Translations under genes and position numbers: made by a program | NCBI RefSeq assembly: GCF_009914755.1 | Contig: NC_060944.1 | Source of the DNA: the human T2T-CHM13v2.0 reference genome, Homo sapiens | DNA: 64,000 nucleotides | Strand: one strand, 5' to 3' | Notes under the pieces: model-generated | Seen by the model: the letters and a program-made list of their open reading frames with translations, nothing else | Database searches by the model: none | Told to the model about the DNA's origin: nothing | Part shown: one piece after another, positions 12,420 through 25,049 of the stretch | Layout of the letters: each line of letters starts with the position of its first letter | Numbering within the stretch: the first letter of the stretch is position 1

Positions 12420-13790
12420 TTGGACGCCCATTTATATGCAAAAAAAAAAATTTTTAATGGATCCTTCCCTAAATTTATAACCTAAAACAATAAAAATTCT
12501 AGAAGAAAACATAGAAAAATAGAAAATTATGTGACTTTGGGATAAGCAAAGATTTCTTATATGTTACACAAATGTACAATCCAGAAAATAATAAATTAGA
12601 CTTAATCCAAATTAAAAACCTTTACTCTTCAAAAGACATTTTTAAAGAAATGAAAAACCAGGCCACAGACCAGGAGAACATATCTGCATAGTACATATCT
12701 GATAAAGTACTTATAGTCAGAATACAGAACTGTCAAAATTAAACAATAAAAAGTAAATAAAACAAAGAAATACACAATCCAATTCTTTTTAAAAGGGGCA
12801 AAAAAATCTGAATACACACTCAATGAACAAGATATACGGATGACCCAGTTACAAAAAGTGCTCAGTATCATTAGCCATTAGGAATACAAATTAAAGCCAC
12901 AAAGAACTAACAATACACATCTGTTAGAATAGCTAAAGTTGTCATCAACATTATCATCATCACCATCACCATTATTATTATAAAACTGACAATGCCAAAT
13001 GTTGGCAGGGATCCAGAAACACCAAGATTCACATACATACATTCCCATGCATATGAACACTGCTGGTGGGAATACGAAATGGTACAGCCCCTCTGGAAAG
13101 TAGTTTGACAGTTTCCTACAAAGTTAACCATATACTTTTTATATAATCAATCTGTCTTTTAGGTACTTACCCAAGAGAAATAAAAATCTATGTTCACAAA
13201 AATACCTATTTACACATGTTTATAGTGACTTTACTAATAATCTTCAAAAACTGGAAACAGCACAAAAGTCTTTCAACTGGTGAACGTTTAACCAAACTGT
13301 GTTATAATGTTTAACTAAATTGTGTTGTATCCCTACAATGGAATGCTACTCGATGATAAAAAAGGAATTATTAACATATGCAACAACACAGAGAATCACA
13401 GATGCAGTATGCTAAGTGAGCAAAGCCAGGACCAAAGGGCTACTTACTGCATAAGTCCATTTATATAACATTCTGGAAAAAGGAAAACTATAGAAACAGA
13501 AACTATCAGTGGTTACCAGGAGCTGGGTATGTGTATGGGGTGTTTTGTTTTGACCTCAGATACTTACCATTTATTTGTGGTAAGGACACAAAAAATCTAC
13601 TATTTTATCAGGTTTCAACTACACAATACATTGTTATTAACTAAAATCATCATGTTGTGTGGGGTGTTTGGCTACAAAGAGGCACAAGGGAATATCTAGA
13701 GATGATGAACTGCTCTACATCATAGAACTATCCCATTAAACAGACTAAATTTTACTCTATGTAAATTATATCTCAAATCATGACTTTTAA
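12420..13790 (+). mobile_element. L1MC/MB-type 3' part, degenerate; contains (CAT)n/(TAT)n microsatellite (~12940-12981) and a nested antisense L1 fragment
   Basis: aaaattctagaagaaaacatag...ggtacagcccctctggaaagtagtttgacagtttc...ggaaaactatagaaacagaaactatcagtggttaccagg. Confidence 0.8.
13546..13655 (-). mobile_element. Short L1MA-type 3'UTR insertion with 14-bp TSD
   Basis: antisense L1MA-like text (atacattgttattaacta...catgttgt); TSD TGTATGGGGTGTTT 13532-13545 / TGTGTGGGGTGTTT 13656-13669. Confidence 0.7.
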
Positions 13791-13837
13791 AATGTTAACA
13801 GAAAATTATTTGTTCTCAAATTAAGTACTAGAGAATG

Positions 13838-14705
13838 TATTCATTTAACAAACATTTATTGAGTGCCTACTATGTGCCAGATCTGGCTCTAAGTGCTTAA
13901 AAACAGTGAACAAAATACACAAAAGAAACTCTGTCCTTGTGGAGCTTGCATTCCATCAGGAGAAGCAGTGAATAATAAGTGTGATAAATAAGTGAAGAAC
14001 AGAAAACAATGCTTCCACAGACATTACTGTATATGAGAAACTAGAAGGTGTGTGAAAATACAGAACCCTGTGCCCCACTCTGGTGATGCTGATTCAGCAG
14101 GTCTAGGGTGGAGCCCCAAAGTTTGCATTTCTAACAAGCTCTCAGGTGATGCTGATGCTACTGGTGAGGGAACTACACATTGGGTAGTTCTGACATATGA
14201 TGTCAGAATGTGGTGCCATAAATGTAAGAAAAACAATGACTAAAGGAATATTAGGAAGGAAATCTGGGAAGATGTAGATCTCAACTTTAAATAGTGGGCT
14301 TCATGGAGCAGTTGGCTTTTGGGCAGAAACATGGAGAAGAGGAGGAAGTTGGCTGTGTAGATATCTGGAGAAGACACTGCTAGCTAAATAAACAGCCAAT
14401 GCCTGTGAATTATGTCAGGGGACATGTTTACTTTTTTTTCAAGGACAGAAAGAGGCCAGTGTGACAGGAATAGAAAGGGTGAGAAGGAGATGAATAAGAG
14501 ATGTGTTCAGAGGAATAATTGTAGGAGGAGAGTAGGCAGAAGAAGTTAAGGCCTTTCATTTTTGCTCCAACTAAAACATGAATCCACTGAAAGGTTTTGA
14601 ACAGACAGTGACATCATTTGACTGATAGCCTACAAGAACCACTTAGGCCATTTTGATGAGAGTAGATAAAAATGGAAGCAATTCACTCACCTAAAAGGTT
14701 GTCTT
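13838..14705 (-). mobile_element. L2 LINE 3' part (resumes at ~16966-17120 after the L1 insertion)
   Basis: attcatttaacaaacatttattgagtgcctactatgtgccag is the classic antisense L2 3' end; ccactgaaaggttttgaacagacagtgacatcatttgact further in. Confidence 0.8.
14040..14190. mobile_element. MER5A hAT-Charlie DNA transposon
   Basis: gctgattcagcaggtctagggtggagccccaaagtttgcatttctaacaagctctcaggtgatgctgatgctactggt. Confidence 0.85.
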
Positions 14706-15477
14706 AGAAACCTAGATGAGAGAATACTTTTGCATAAACCTCGTGGCCAATTGTGCATCTTCTTTGAAGAAATATCTGTTCAAGTCCTTCGTTCATTTTG
14801 GTTATTTGTGTCTTTTTCAAATTAGTGTTAGTAGTTCCTTATGTATTTTGGATATTAAGCTCTTCTCACATATATGGTTTGCAGTTCTTTTCGCAGTTCT
14901 TTTCCATAGCTGCTTTTTCACTCTGTTGATTGTTTCCTTTGTTGTGCAGAAGCTTTTTAGTTTACTGTTGTCCCACTTGTCTATTTTTGCTTTTGTTGCC
15001 TGTGCTTTTGATGCCATATCAAAGAAATCATTGCCAAGACCAATACTAAGAAGATTTTCCCCTACATTTTTTTTCTAGGAGTTTTAAAATTACAGGTCTT
15101 ACATTTGAGTCTTTAATCCATTTTTAGCTGATTTTCTGTAAAGTATATGGGTCTAAGTTTTATTCTTTTGCTTGTGAATATCCAGTTTTCTCAGCACAAT
15201 TTTCTAAAGAGACTATCTTTTCCTCATTGTGTATGTTTGGCACTCTTGTTGAAGATCAGTTGACCATATTAATGTGGGTTTATTTCTGGGCTTTCTATTC
15301 ATTTAATTGGTCTGTATGTCTGTCTTTATGTCAGTACTGTACTGTTTTAATTACTGTAGCTTTGTAATATATTTTGAAATTAGAAAGTGTGAGGCCTCCA
15401 GCTTTATTTTTCTTGCCCAAGATTAGTTTGGCTGTTCAGAGTCTTTTTTTTATTCTCACTGTTTGGGATGGGTTGTT

Positions 15478-15996
15478 TTCTTTTTTTTTCTTTTTTTTTT
15501 CATAAGTTTTTGGGGGGAACAGGTGGTGTTTGGTTACATGAGTAAAGTAAGTTCTTTAGTGCAGATTTGTGAGATTTTGGTGGACCCGTCACCAAAATCT
15601 TACAGTGTATAGTATACACTGTATGCAGTTTGTAGTCTTTTATCCCTCACCCTCCTCCCACCCTTTCCCCAAGTCCCCAAGGTCCATTGTATCATTCTTA
15701 TGCCTTTGCATACTCACAGTTTAGCTCTCATTTATGACTGAGAACATATGATGTTTGATTTTCCATTTCTTAGTCACTTCACTTAGAATAATGGTCTTGA
15801 ATTCCATCTATTTGCTGCAAATGCCATTATTTTGCTCCTTGTTATGGCTGAACAGTATTCCATGGTGTGTGTATATATATATGTGTGTGTATATATATAT
15901 CTCTCTCTCTCACAATTTCTTTATCCACTCATTGATTGATGGGCATCTGGGTGGGTTCCACATTTTTGCAATTGTGAATTGTGCTGCAATAAACAT
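15478..15996 (-). mobile_element. L1PB-type 3' end fragment
   Basis: poly-T then gaacaggtggtgtttggttacatgagtaa...gttctttagt...gatttgtgagattttgg...caagtccccaaggtccattgtatcattcttatgcctttgcat, typical of L1PB 3'UTR. Confidence 0.8.
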
Positions 15997-16351
15997 CATT
16001 AATCACCAGGGAAATGCAAATCGAAACTAAAATGAGATAGCACCTCACATATGCTAGTGTGGTTATTATTTAAAAAAAGATAATGAGTGTTGGCAAGGAT
16101 GTAGAGAAATCAGAACTCTTGTATACTGTTGATAGGAATGTAAATCAGTACAGCATTGTAGAATTCAGTAGGGAGGTTCTTCAAAAAGTTAAAAATAGAA
16201 CTATCATATGATCTATCAATTCCACTTCTGGGTATTTATCCAAAGTAATTGAAATCAGGATCTTGAAGAGATATCTGCACTCCCATGTTCATTGCAGCAT
16301 TATTCATAAAATCCAAGATATAAATGTCTATAAATAGATGAATGGAAAGAA

Positions 16352-16353
<2 letters not shown>

Positions 16354-16397
<44 letters not shown>
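16354..16397 (+). repeat. (CA)n microsatellite inside L1
   Basis: about 22 AC units seen directly. Confidence 0.95.
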
Positions 16398-16399
<2 letters not shown>

Positions 16400-17100
16400 A
16401 TGTTATTCAGCCTTAAAAAAAAAAAGGGAAATACTGCCATATGCAACAGCATGAATGGACCTGGAAGATATTATGCTAAGTAAAATAAGCCTGTCAAAGA
16501 AGGACAAATACTGCAGGATCCCACTCAGATGAGCTACCTAAAATAGTCAAACTCATAGAAACAGAATAGAATAGTGGTTGCCTGGGGCTGGGGGGAAGGG
16601 AGAAATAGGGAGTTGTTCAATGGTTATAAAGCTTCAGTAATGCACGATGAATAAGTGTTAGAGATCTACTGAACCACATATTGCCTATAGTTAATAATAC
16701 TGTATGGTACACTCAAAAATTTAAGAGAGTAGATCTCAAGTGCCCTCCTCTCCCACCCAGCCCCTGGCACACACACATGGAAGCAGGGGGAAGCTACTGG
16801 AGGTGATGAATATGCTTATTACTTTTATTGTAGTGATGCTTTCATGAGTGGATGCATATGTTCAAACTCATCAAATTGTATACATTAAATGTGTGCAGCA
16901 TAGTATATATTAATTACACCTCAATAAAACTATTTCTTTAAAAAAGAACCCTAGATGAGAGAATATTGAGACTTGGACCAGAGTGGTACAAGTGGCAGTG
17001 GTTAGATTTTAAGTCTACTTTTAAGATAAAATCCATAGGGTTCCTTGATTGATTAAATACCAGTTATAAAAAAGAGAGGGTCAAGTGTGACTTGAAGGTC

Positions 17101-17156
17101 ATGGACATGAGCAACATCCCTAGATATGATGGACATGAGCAACATCCCTAGATATG
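17101..17156 (+). repeat. Perfect 28-bp tandem duplication
   Basis: ATGGACATGAGCAACATCCCTAGATATG twice. Confidence 0.95.
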
Positions 17157-18379
17157 AAGACTGGTAGATTTGACTTACAATCTACCAGTCTCAGGTTTCC
17201 AAACATTAAGCTTGCTAAAAGACTTTGGCTGGCAAATATCTTCCTTTCTTAACTCTGCAATAGTGGACAAAAGTTACATTTTTCCCAATAATAAGTGAGA
17301 AAAATATCAGAATAAGAAGCTGTGTAAAGTAAGATATATCTTACATGATGGACTTGGCCATAATAATCAAGGTATTCTTTATTGTTTTTATCACTCTCCT
17401 TATCATCTTGATCATCATCATCATTGTATTTTAGATTTTAAAGGAATCTGGATATTAAGAATCCGATGCACTGATTTTCAGGTGAGAACAGCCAATCTGA
17501 TGCTCATTTCAGCTTGCAATACTATTTTTAGTAAACTCCATTTCGTAGAAAGATTTTTCTCTTTTTAAGAAGATTAACTGGTATTTTATCATTTAAAAGC
17601 TGAAAATTACTTCTAAACATCTTTGCTGACAATTTTAAGGAAATAATACTATGTGACTAGTGAAGACCTAACTTTTTGGACATTACACTTTTATGTCTCA
17701 TTATCTCTATTTATTCAATGAGAGGCAAAGACAATTTTTTTATTAAAATATATATAAGGCACTACTAGAAACACAAGATGATTAAGATAATTTCCACTCA
17801 CAAGGAGTTTATAATCTAAATTTAAGAAAGATATACAACATATTTTTTAATATTTCAATTTCATAATGTTTTCACATTTGGAAGCCTATTGCATCATATA
17901 TTTTAATGCAACATCAATAAGATTTAGAGAAGATATTTTTAAGAATAATGAGCTTGCTGTAAGAGGAATATATACTTAGAATTAACAAATGTGCCTTTGA
18001 AGTACTTAGAAGCATGTGTTGCACTTACCTGACAATCATTAACCATTATCATTGTTTAAAATTATTTCCATTGCTACTATTATTACTACTACTGTCCTTA
18101 CTAGTAATATTTTTCCAGGTTCCATGTATTGAATAAAAAGTAAGTGTTGACCTGGAAAGTGGATATGAAAGAGGGAAATCTGGATTTGAACATAGGCCAA
18201 AAGGTAGGAAATAGTAGGCTATGTGAACTCACAGAAATATGTTCATTGAGGTAAAAGGATGGGGTCAAATACTGCCTCTGATACTTATGAGGTATTCAAC
18301 ATTGTATAAGTTTCTTAATCTCTGTTGTGTCTCAAACAGAAAGAATTTTTTCAATTTGAAATAAATGAATGCTAGATAA

Positions 18380-20680
18380 TAATTCAAAGCCACAAGAAAA
18401 TATAAAGTTTTCCAGTAACAGTGAATACATAAACAAATATAAAAGCTAGTATTATTGTTGTGATTTATACTTGGCCTTTTAATTCTTTTATAGGATTTAA
18501 AAGGCAAAGCATAAAAATAATTGTATAAGTTAAAGAATACCCAGTATATAAAAATATCAGTTGTGATCTCAGTAATATAAAGTGTAAAGGCAAAGCTATA
18601 CAGGATTGGAGATTTGTTTGGAATTGGAGCTACATTTCTATCAGTTAAAAATAGATTGTTATAACTTTAGGATGCATGTAATCACTTTAGTAACCATAAA
18701 GAAAATATCTGTAGAATATACAAATGGAAATGAGAAGGGAATCAAAATATGTCACTATAAAAAAAAAACTAAACGTAAAAGAGGGCAATAAGACAAGGAA
18801 GAAAGGATGTACAAAAAATCTATAAGACAAATTTCCAGAAAAACAACCTACCAGACTGAGCCATGACAAAGTAGAAAATCTTTGCAGACCTGCAACTAGT
18901 AAGGAGATTGAGTCAGTAATCAAAACTTTGCAACAAAGAAAAGCCAAGTACCAGATGGCTTCACATGTAAATTCTAACAATCATTTAAAAAAGAATGAAC
19001 ACCAATACTTCTAAACCTCTTCTAAAAATGTGAAGTGGCGGGAATATTTCTTAATTAATTCTATGAAGTCAGTATTATCACATCAAAGCCAGACAAAGAC
19101 ACTACAAGAGAAGACCACTAGAAGCCAATAATTCTGAAGAATAGTGATAGAAAAATTTTCAATAAAATAAAATCAAACAGAATTCTACAACCTATTAAAA
19201 GGATTATACATTCTGACAAAGTAGAATTTATCTCTGGAATTCAAGGATGGCTCAACATGTGAAAATCAGTGAATGTAACACACAACATTAACAGAAGGAA
19301 GAGAAAGCAAACATGCACACACACACACGACCATCTCAGTTGATACAGAAAATGCATTTTACAAAATTCAATACATTTTCATGATTAAAAAATAATTTGC
19401 AATGAACTATGTATTTTTAAAAAGCTATCTGCATGAAAAGCCCACAGATGGAAGACTGAAAGCTTTTTCTTTAAGATCAGGAATGAGAGAAGGATACCTA
19501 CTTTCACCTCTTCTATTCAACATAGTACTGAGAGTCATAGAGCTATTACACAAGAAAAAGAAATAAGTGGAATCCAAATAGGAAAGAAAGAAGTAGAATG
19601 ATCTTTAGATAACATAGTATTTAATGTAGAAAACTGAAAATTTCACACACAACAATGTTAGAACTAATAAAATAATTCAGCAAGGTTGCAGGGTACCTAA
19701 TCAACGCACAAAAGTTATTTGTGTTTTTATACATTAACAATAAACAATCTGAAAAATATTAAGAAAACAATTTTATTTATAATAGAACAAAAATTGGTTT
19801 TTAGAATAAACTTATCTAAGGAAGAAAAAATGTATATACAGAAAACTATAAAATGTTGATTGAAAGAAGTTGAAGACACCAATATATGGACAGACATCAC
19901 ATAGACATGGCTTGGAAGACTTAATCTTGGTAAGATGGCAATACTACCCAAAGTGATCCACAAATTCAATGCAATCACTACCAAAATTCCAATGACACAT
20001 TTTGCAGAATAGAAAAATTCATCCTAAAATATGTATGGGATTTCAAGAGACCCCAAATAGCCAAATAATCTTTTAAAAAAAGAACAGCAAAGTTGGAAGT
20101 CTAATCCATCTTGATTTCAAAGCTTAGTATAAAATTACAGTAATCAAAAAAGTGTGGTATTGACATTAAGACAGGCATATCAAACAATAAAATGGAATAA
20201 AGAGTTAAGAGATAAACCCTCCCTCAAACTGTGAATCTCTGAGAAGAAAACACAGGGAAAACTTTATATTGGTTTCAGCAATGATTTCTTGGATATGACA
20301 TCAAACGCACAGGGAACAAAATCAAAATAGTTTAAGATATGATTCAGCCTTAAAAAGAAAGGAAATTCTGACATGTGCTACAGCATGGATGAACTTTGTA
20401 GACATTATCTTCGGTTAAATAAGACAGTTGCAAAAAGACAAATGCTGTATGATTCTACTTATAGGGTACCTAGGATAGTCGAATTTATGGAGACAGAAAG
20501 AAGAATGGTGGTTGCCAGGAGCTTAGGGGAAGAGTGAGTGAGGAGTTACTGTTTAATGGGTACAGTGCTTCAGTTTTGTGAAGTGAAAACAGTTCTGGAT
20601 ATGGATGGTGGTGATGGTTGCATAATAATGTGAATCTACTTAGTCCCACTGAACCCTATGCCTAAAAGTGGTTTCAAAAA
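18380..20680 (+). mobile_element. Old L1M, internally deleted (spacer/ORF2/3'UTR pieces)
   Basis: ORF2 RT-region text aaagccagacaaagacactacaag, ttaagatcaggaatgagagaaggatacc, attcagcaaggttgcaggg; 3'UTR attcagccttaaaaagaaaggaaattctgacatgtgctacagcatggatgaac. Confidence 0.85.
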
Positions 20681-21094
20681 TAATGATCAACTGTCAAATA
20701 GGAAAGCTTAGGTCAGAAAATAAAACCCATCCATTGGGCTTGGAGATTTGGATTACATTCATAATTTTGCAAGTTAAGTGGCTCAGTGGAGGCACGCAAC
20801 TACAGAATGAATAGAAGGTGGAAAAGTAGTGGATTGAAGGGCAGATACCACTGGTGAGGAGCTTGGTGAAGGCACGAAAAAGAGGGTTTCTAGAACGGTA
20901 AAATTTGTCCAGAACCCCAGGTGTGTTGCCAGTCACCTCTAGAATACACTTCCATTCTCCAGTTGCGGTGTTAGCCAACTTAGCGAAGTCACAGATTTCA
21001 AAGTGTAGCCCAGGACATACGTCTTTTTGATAAAAGACATATAAAATAAGTCTCCCTATATCAACAAAGCTATTGCTAATTAAAAATAATCATA

Positions 21095-21270
21095 CTTTAT
21101 TAATGTCTATATCAGTTTAAAAATATTATTTTTCGTTCTCAGAACAATCTTGCCATGCAGGCATTATCCTTATTTGACAAATAGGAAAGTCCAGTTGAAG
21201 AACTCCAAGGTCACAAGGGTCCAAATGACAGACTCTGTAACTCGAAGCCAGTGTGCTCCTGAATCCAAGT
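21095..21270 (-). mobile_element. MIR SINE
   Basis: gttctcagaacaatcttgccatgcaggcattatccttatttgacaaataggaaag...ccaaggtcaca. Confidence 0.55.
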
Positions 21271-22331
21271 GTAGCTGTGGACTGATGGTCCTTAGCCTCC
21301 TTCCTCAGAATGGTGATCCATCACTCTGTTTACTTACAGGCAAGGGCATGAGGTAATGCCATTTATTCTGGCGAGACCATTGATGCTGTGTCTAAAGGAA
21401 CCTGGCACAAATAGGTTCTCCGTAGGTAGACATATTGGGGAAATAGAAATACCCTTGAAGGACTAAGGCAACTTGGAAAATAGAAAGTAAGATGGATGGG
21501 TATGGATATGGAAATCCACTGAATCAGATACAGACACATTCCTTCATGGTTTAAAAAAAATAAAAAATAAAAGAAACTATGAAAGTACCAAAGACATGAC
21601 CCTAATTCTCCAAGGAGCACAGTTGTAGGGCTGCTTTGGGTCTCTCTAGTTTCCGTGAGAAAATCTTGGCTGGCAGGGCCCCCTGATGAAAGAGAAATGA
21701 CTCCTTGTGTGAGATTTAAAGCATTTCTAATTTGAAAGCAAACATAATTGCACATACTTTACATACACATGCCATGTGGAAATAATAAATGCATTTGTGA
21801 TGAAAATGCTTGCTTCATTTATTATACTAGGAGTTTTTCCAAGAAATGGAAACAATTGTTAGAAGTGACATTAAATATTTAACTGAGTTTCTTTTTTCTT
21901 CTTTTTCTTCGTATTTTTTATTAACATATTTTAAAATGTTACTACCACCCAATAAGGCATATGGCTCCTGATTTGTCGGAGTCTTTCATTAGTTTAAAAT
22001 GGAGAAATCAGTCTCCAAAAAACACATGCAACGTTAGAATATGACACAGGTGAAACCTGAAATGTAAAACTATGCTCTCCAAGGATTTTGAGGTCTGTGG
22101 AAAATAGCCTTCAATTCTTACACTGTGAAATGGGACTTCCTAAGTTAGGACTTGGAATAGCATTTGGTGGCATAGTAACCATGACCTAACTAACTGGATG
22201 GCTGTTTTCTGAAGTGGATAGTTGAATGGCCTTAAATTTTCAGGGTGAGATAGGCGAAAGTCCAGCCATTGATGCACGAGTTGTGAGGCAGGGAGATTTG
22301 CAAATGTAAGTATATTCGTGAGGAACCTACC

Positions 22332-22701
22332 TGCTATAAACTGAATGTTTGTGTTCCCTCAAAATCATATGTTGAAACCAGAATTCCCAGTGTGATGGAA
22401 TTTGAAGATAGAGCCCTTGGGAGACTTTATGATAAAATTAGTGCCTTTAAAATAATAGGCAGGAGATCTCTCTCTCTCTTTCTCTTTCTCTTTCTCTCTG
22501 TCTCTTGCTCACTCTGCCATGTGAAGATACAAGGAGAAGATGGTTTTCTGTGAACCAGTAGGGCCCTTACCAAGAACATGACCATAATGGCACCCAGATC
22601 TTAGATTTCTAGGCTCCAGAACTGTCATAAAAATAAATGCTTGTTGTTTAAGCCATCCAGTCTCTGGTATTCTGCTCTAGAGGCCTGAACTGACTAAGAC
22701 A
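22332..22701 (+). mobile_element. MaLR solo LTR (MLT1A/MSTD-like)
   Basis: TG...CA ends; tgctataaactgaatgtttgtgttccctcaaaatcatatgttgaaacc...aaataaatgcttgttgtttaagcca...gactaagaca. Confidence 0.85.
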
Positions 22702-22764
22702 CTATGCGTCCATTAAATTGTGAGTTCTATTTCAAAAGACCACAAAAGCTCATTGTGATACGAT

Positions 22765-23075
22765 TGTTGTATCAGCCAATACTGCATCATAAACCATCGC
22801 AAGGTCCTGTGACTAAAAACAATAAGCATTTATCATTGCTCATAATTCAGTGGATTGCCAATCTCAGATGACCTCACCTGGGCTTCCTCCTGCATGTGTA
22901 GTCAGCTATGGGCTAGGAAAACAATTCTGCTGATATTGGTTGGGCTCACTCACTGTTTGGTGTCTGGCTGGGTGCTGGCTGGTCATGGATAGTCTCTGCT
23001 TTGTCCCCACATGGTCTCATCATTCATTTGATTAGGCCACGCTTGTTCACATGGGGACTGACACCTCTGAAAGAA
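22765..23075 (-). mobile_element. MLT1-type LTR fragment
   Basis: taaaaacaataagcatttatcattgctcat...ctgctgatattggttgggctcactcac...gcttgttcacatgg. Confidence 0.6.
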
Positions 23076-23478
23076 TAAGCAGCTCTTCCATCCTCGGCTC
23101 TATTTCTCCTTCCTCCAACACACATAAACACACACACACATACCCCCAGACCGAAAATTTCAGAAGGTCAAATAGCAAATTTTTACCCAACATAGGATAA
23201 GTAAAGTGGATACTTCAGGGCTAAAATCATACATTTTAACACATCTTTCTCAGGTAGAAAAACTAGTCAAAGATTTAAAAAAATTGAACAATATGATTAA
23301 TATTTAATCATATTATTAGTGAGAGGATTTGAATAATACGTTTCAAAAATTTGACCCAATAGCCATATGTGGAACACAACACCCAACAATTGCAAAATAT
23401 ACATTTGTTTCAATCTCATGGAAAATTTATAAAAATTGACCTTATACAGGACTATAAAGTTTCAATAATTTCAGAAAG

Positions 23479-23844
23479 TTAGAGTTAGTTTTATAGTTAT
23501 GTATAGAGTTAAGGTAACTGTTAGGTTTAGACTGGAAGTAAGGAATTGGGTCTACCATTATCTTTAGGTTGAGCTTAGCTTTAGATGTAGGGTTTGTATT
23601 TAGAATAGATCTAATTCGGATTAGGGTAGATTTAAGACTAGAGTTATCATTTTGCTTGTTTTAAGACTAGTGTTAGTTTTAGTTTTAAGATTAGTACTAG
23701 AACGATTATTAGGTTAATGGTGAGAATTCATGTTGGGATTAGGATTAAAGTTAGGGTTGGGACTAGGTTTCATAATTCGGTCAGGGTTGGCTAGCATTTT
23801 ATAGAATTAGTAGAGTTAAGGATATTATTAGCATTAAGATTTGG
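23479..23844 (+). repeat. Degenerate telomere-like hexamer array (TTAGGG-derived)
   Basis: 6-nt phasing TTAGAG TTAGTT TTATAG TTATGT ATAGAG TTAAGG TAACTG TTAGGT TTAGAC; TTAGGA TTAAAG TTAGGG TTGGGA CTAGGT; exact TTAGGG at 23621 and 23751. Confidence 0.7.
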
Positions 23845-24802
23845 ATAGACAAACTAATGAGGCAAAACAGAAAATCTGAAAACACACTTTCTTTATACAG
23901 GTGGCACTCTAGGTTAGTAAGAAAGTGGCTATCATTTAGTGGAGGCCACTGGACAAGTGGGTATCTACATGGGAAAAAATGATTTGGAATTCCTACTTCT
24001 CACTATCCTTAAAAATTAATTTAAGTTGGAGCATAGTGATAAATTGAAGAAAAAATCATACACATTTTAGAAGACAATATAAGTAACATTTTTCCTAATA
24101 ATATAGGAGGAAAATGGTTTTTAACGTAAGATAAATGAAAAAAAACCTGATAAATATACTATATCAAAATGATCCATTTTGATTATTCAAAAGTCACTAT
24201 TAAGAGAGTGGAAAGGCAAATCACATCTGGAAGATGTTTCAATACAAAGAGCCAAAACGACTTGCCTTAATGTATAAAGAACACCCGCAGATTAATAAAG
24301 AAAAGAAAACTAGCCCAAAAAACCAAAAGACTTAAATAGACCCTTAATAACAGTACACAGATTTGGCAAGAGATTTGAGCTATAAGAACTTTACAATTCT
24401 GCTGGTAGGTGAATAAACTGATACAGTTGATTTGAAAAATAGATTGTCAGCATGTAGTCTAGTTGAAGTTATAGCTATGTCCAAGTAATGGCATAGCAAT
24501 AGATAGCAATACAGATACAAAATTGTGTGCTCAAGTGCAACAGGACAGAAGTTCATGAATATTCACAGTGGCATTGTTTTGTTTTTAATAGTTCAAAACT
24601 TGCATATTTCCCAAATTGAATCAACAATGGAATGGACAAATAAATAGTAACTAAAAACAGCCAGACACAATAGAATACATACAGATTGGATTTCATTTAT
24701 ATAGGGCTCAAAAACAAGAAAAAATAAAGCTACCTTGTTTAGGATTGCATCCATAGTCAGAAAGCAAGGAACTAATGATAACAAGTTCAGAAGTAGCTCT
24801 GA

Positions 24803-25049
<247 letters not shown>

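Larger units (their letters stand above)
14727..16944 (+). mobile_element. 5'-inverted (twin-primed) L1MA/MB insertion: inverted ORF2 segment ~14727-15450 (-), direct segment ~15991-16944 (+)
   Basis: 21-bp TSD AGAAACCTAGATGAGAGAATA 14706-14726 / AGAACCCTAGATGAGAGAATA 16945-16965, preceded by TT (TT/AGAAA endonuclease site); AATAAA and A-tail at ~16923-16944. Confidence 0.8.
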
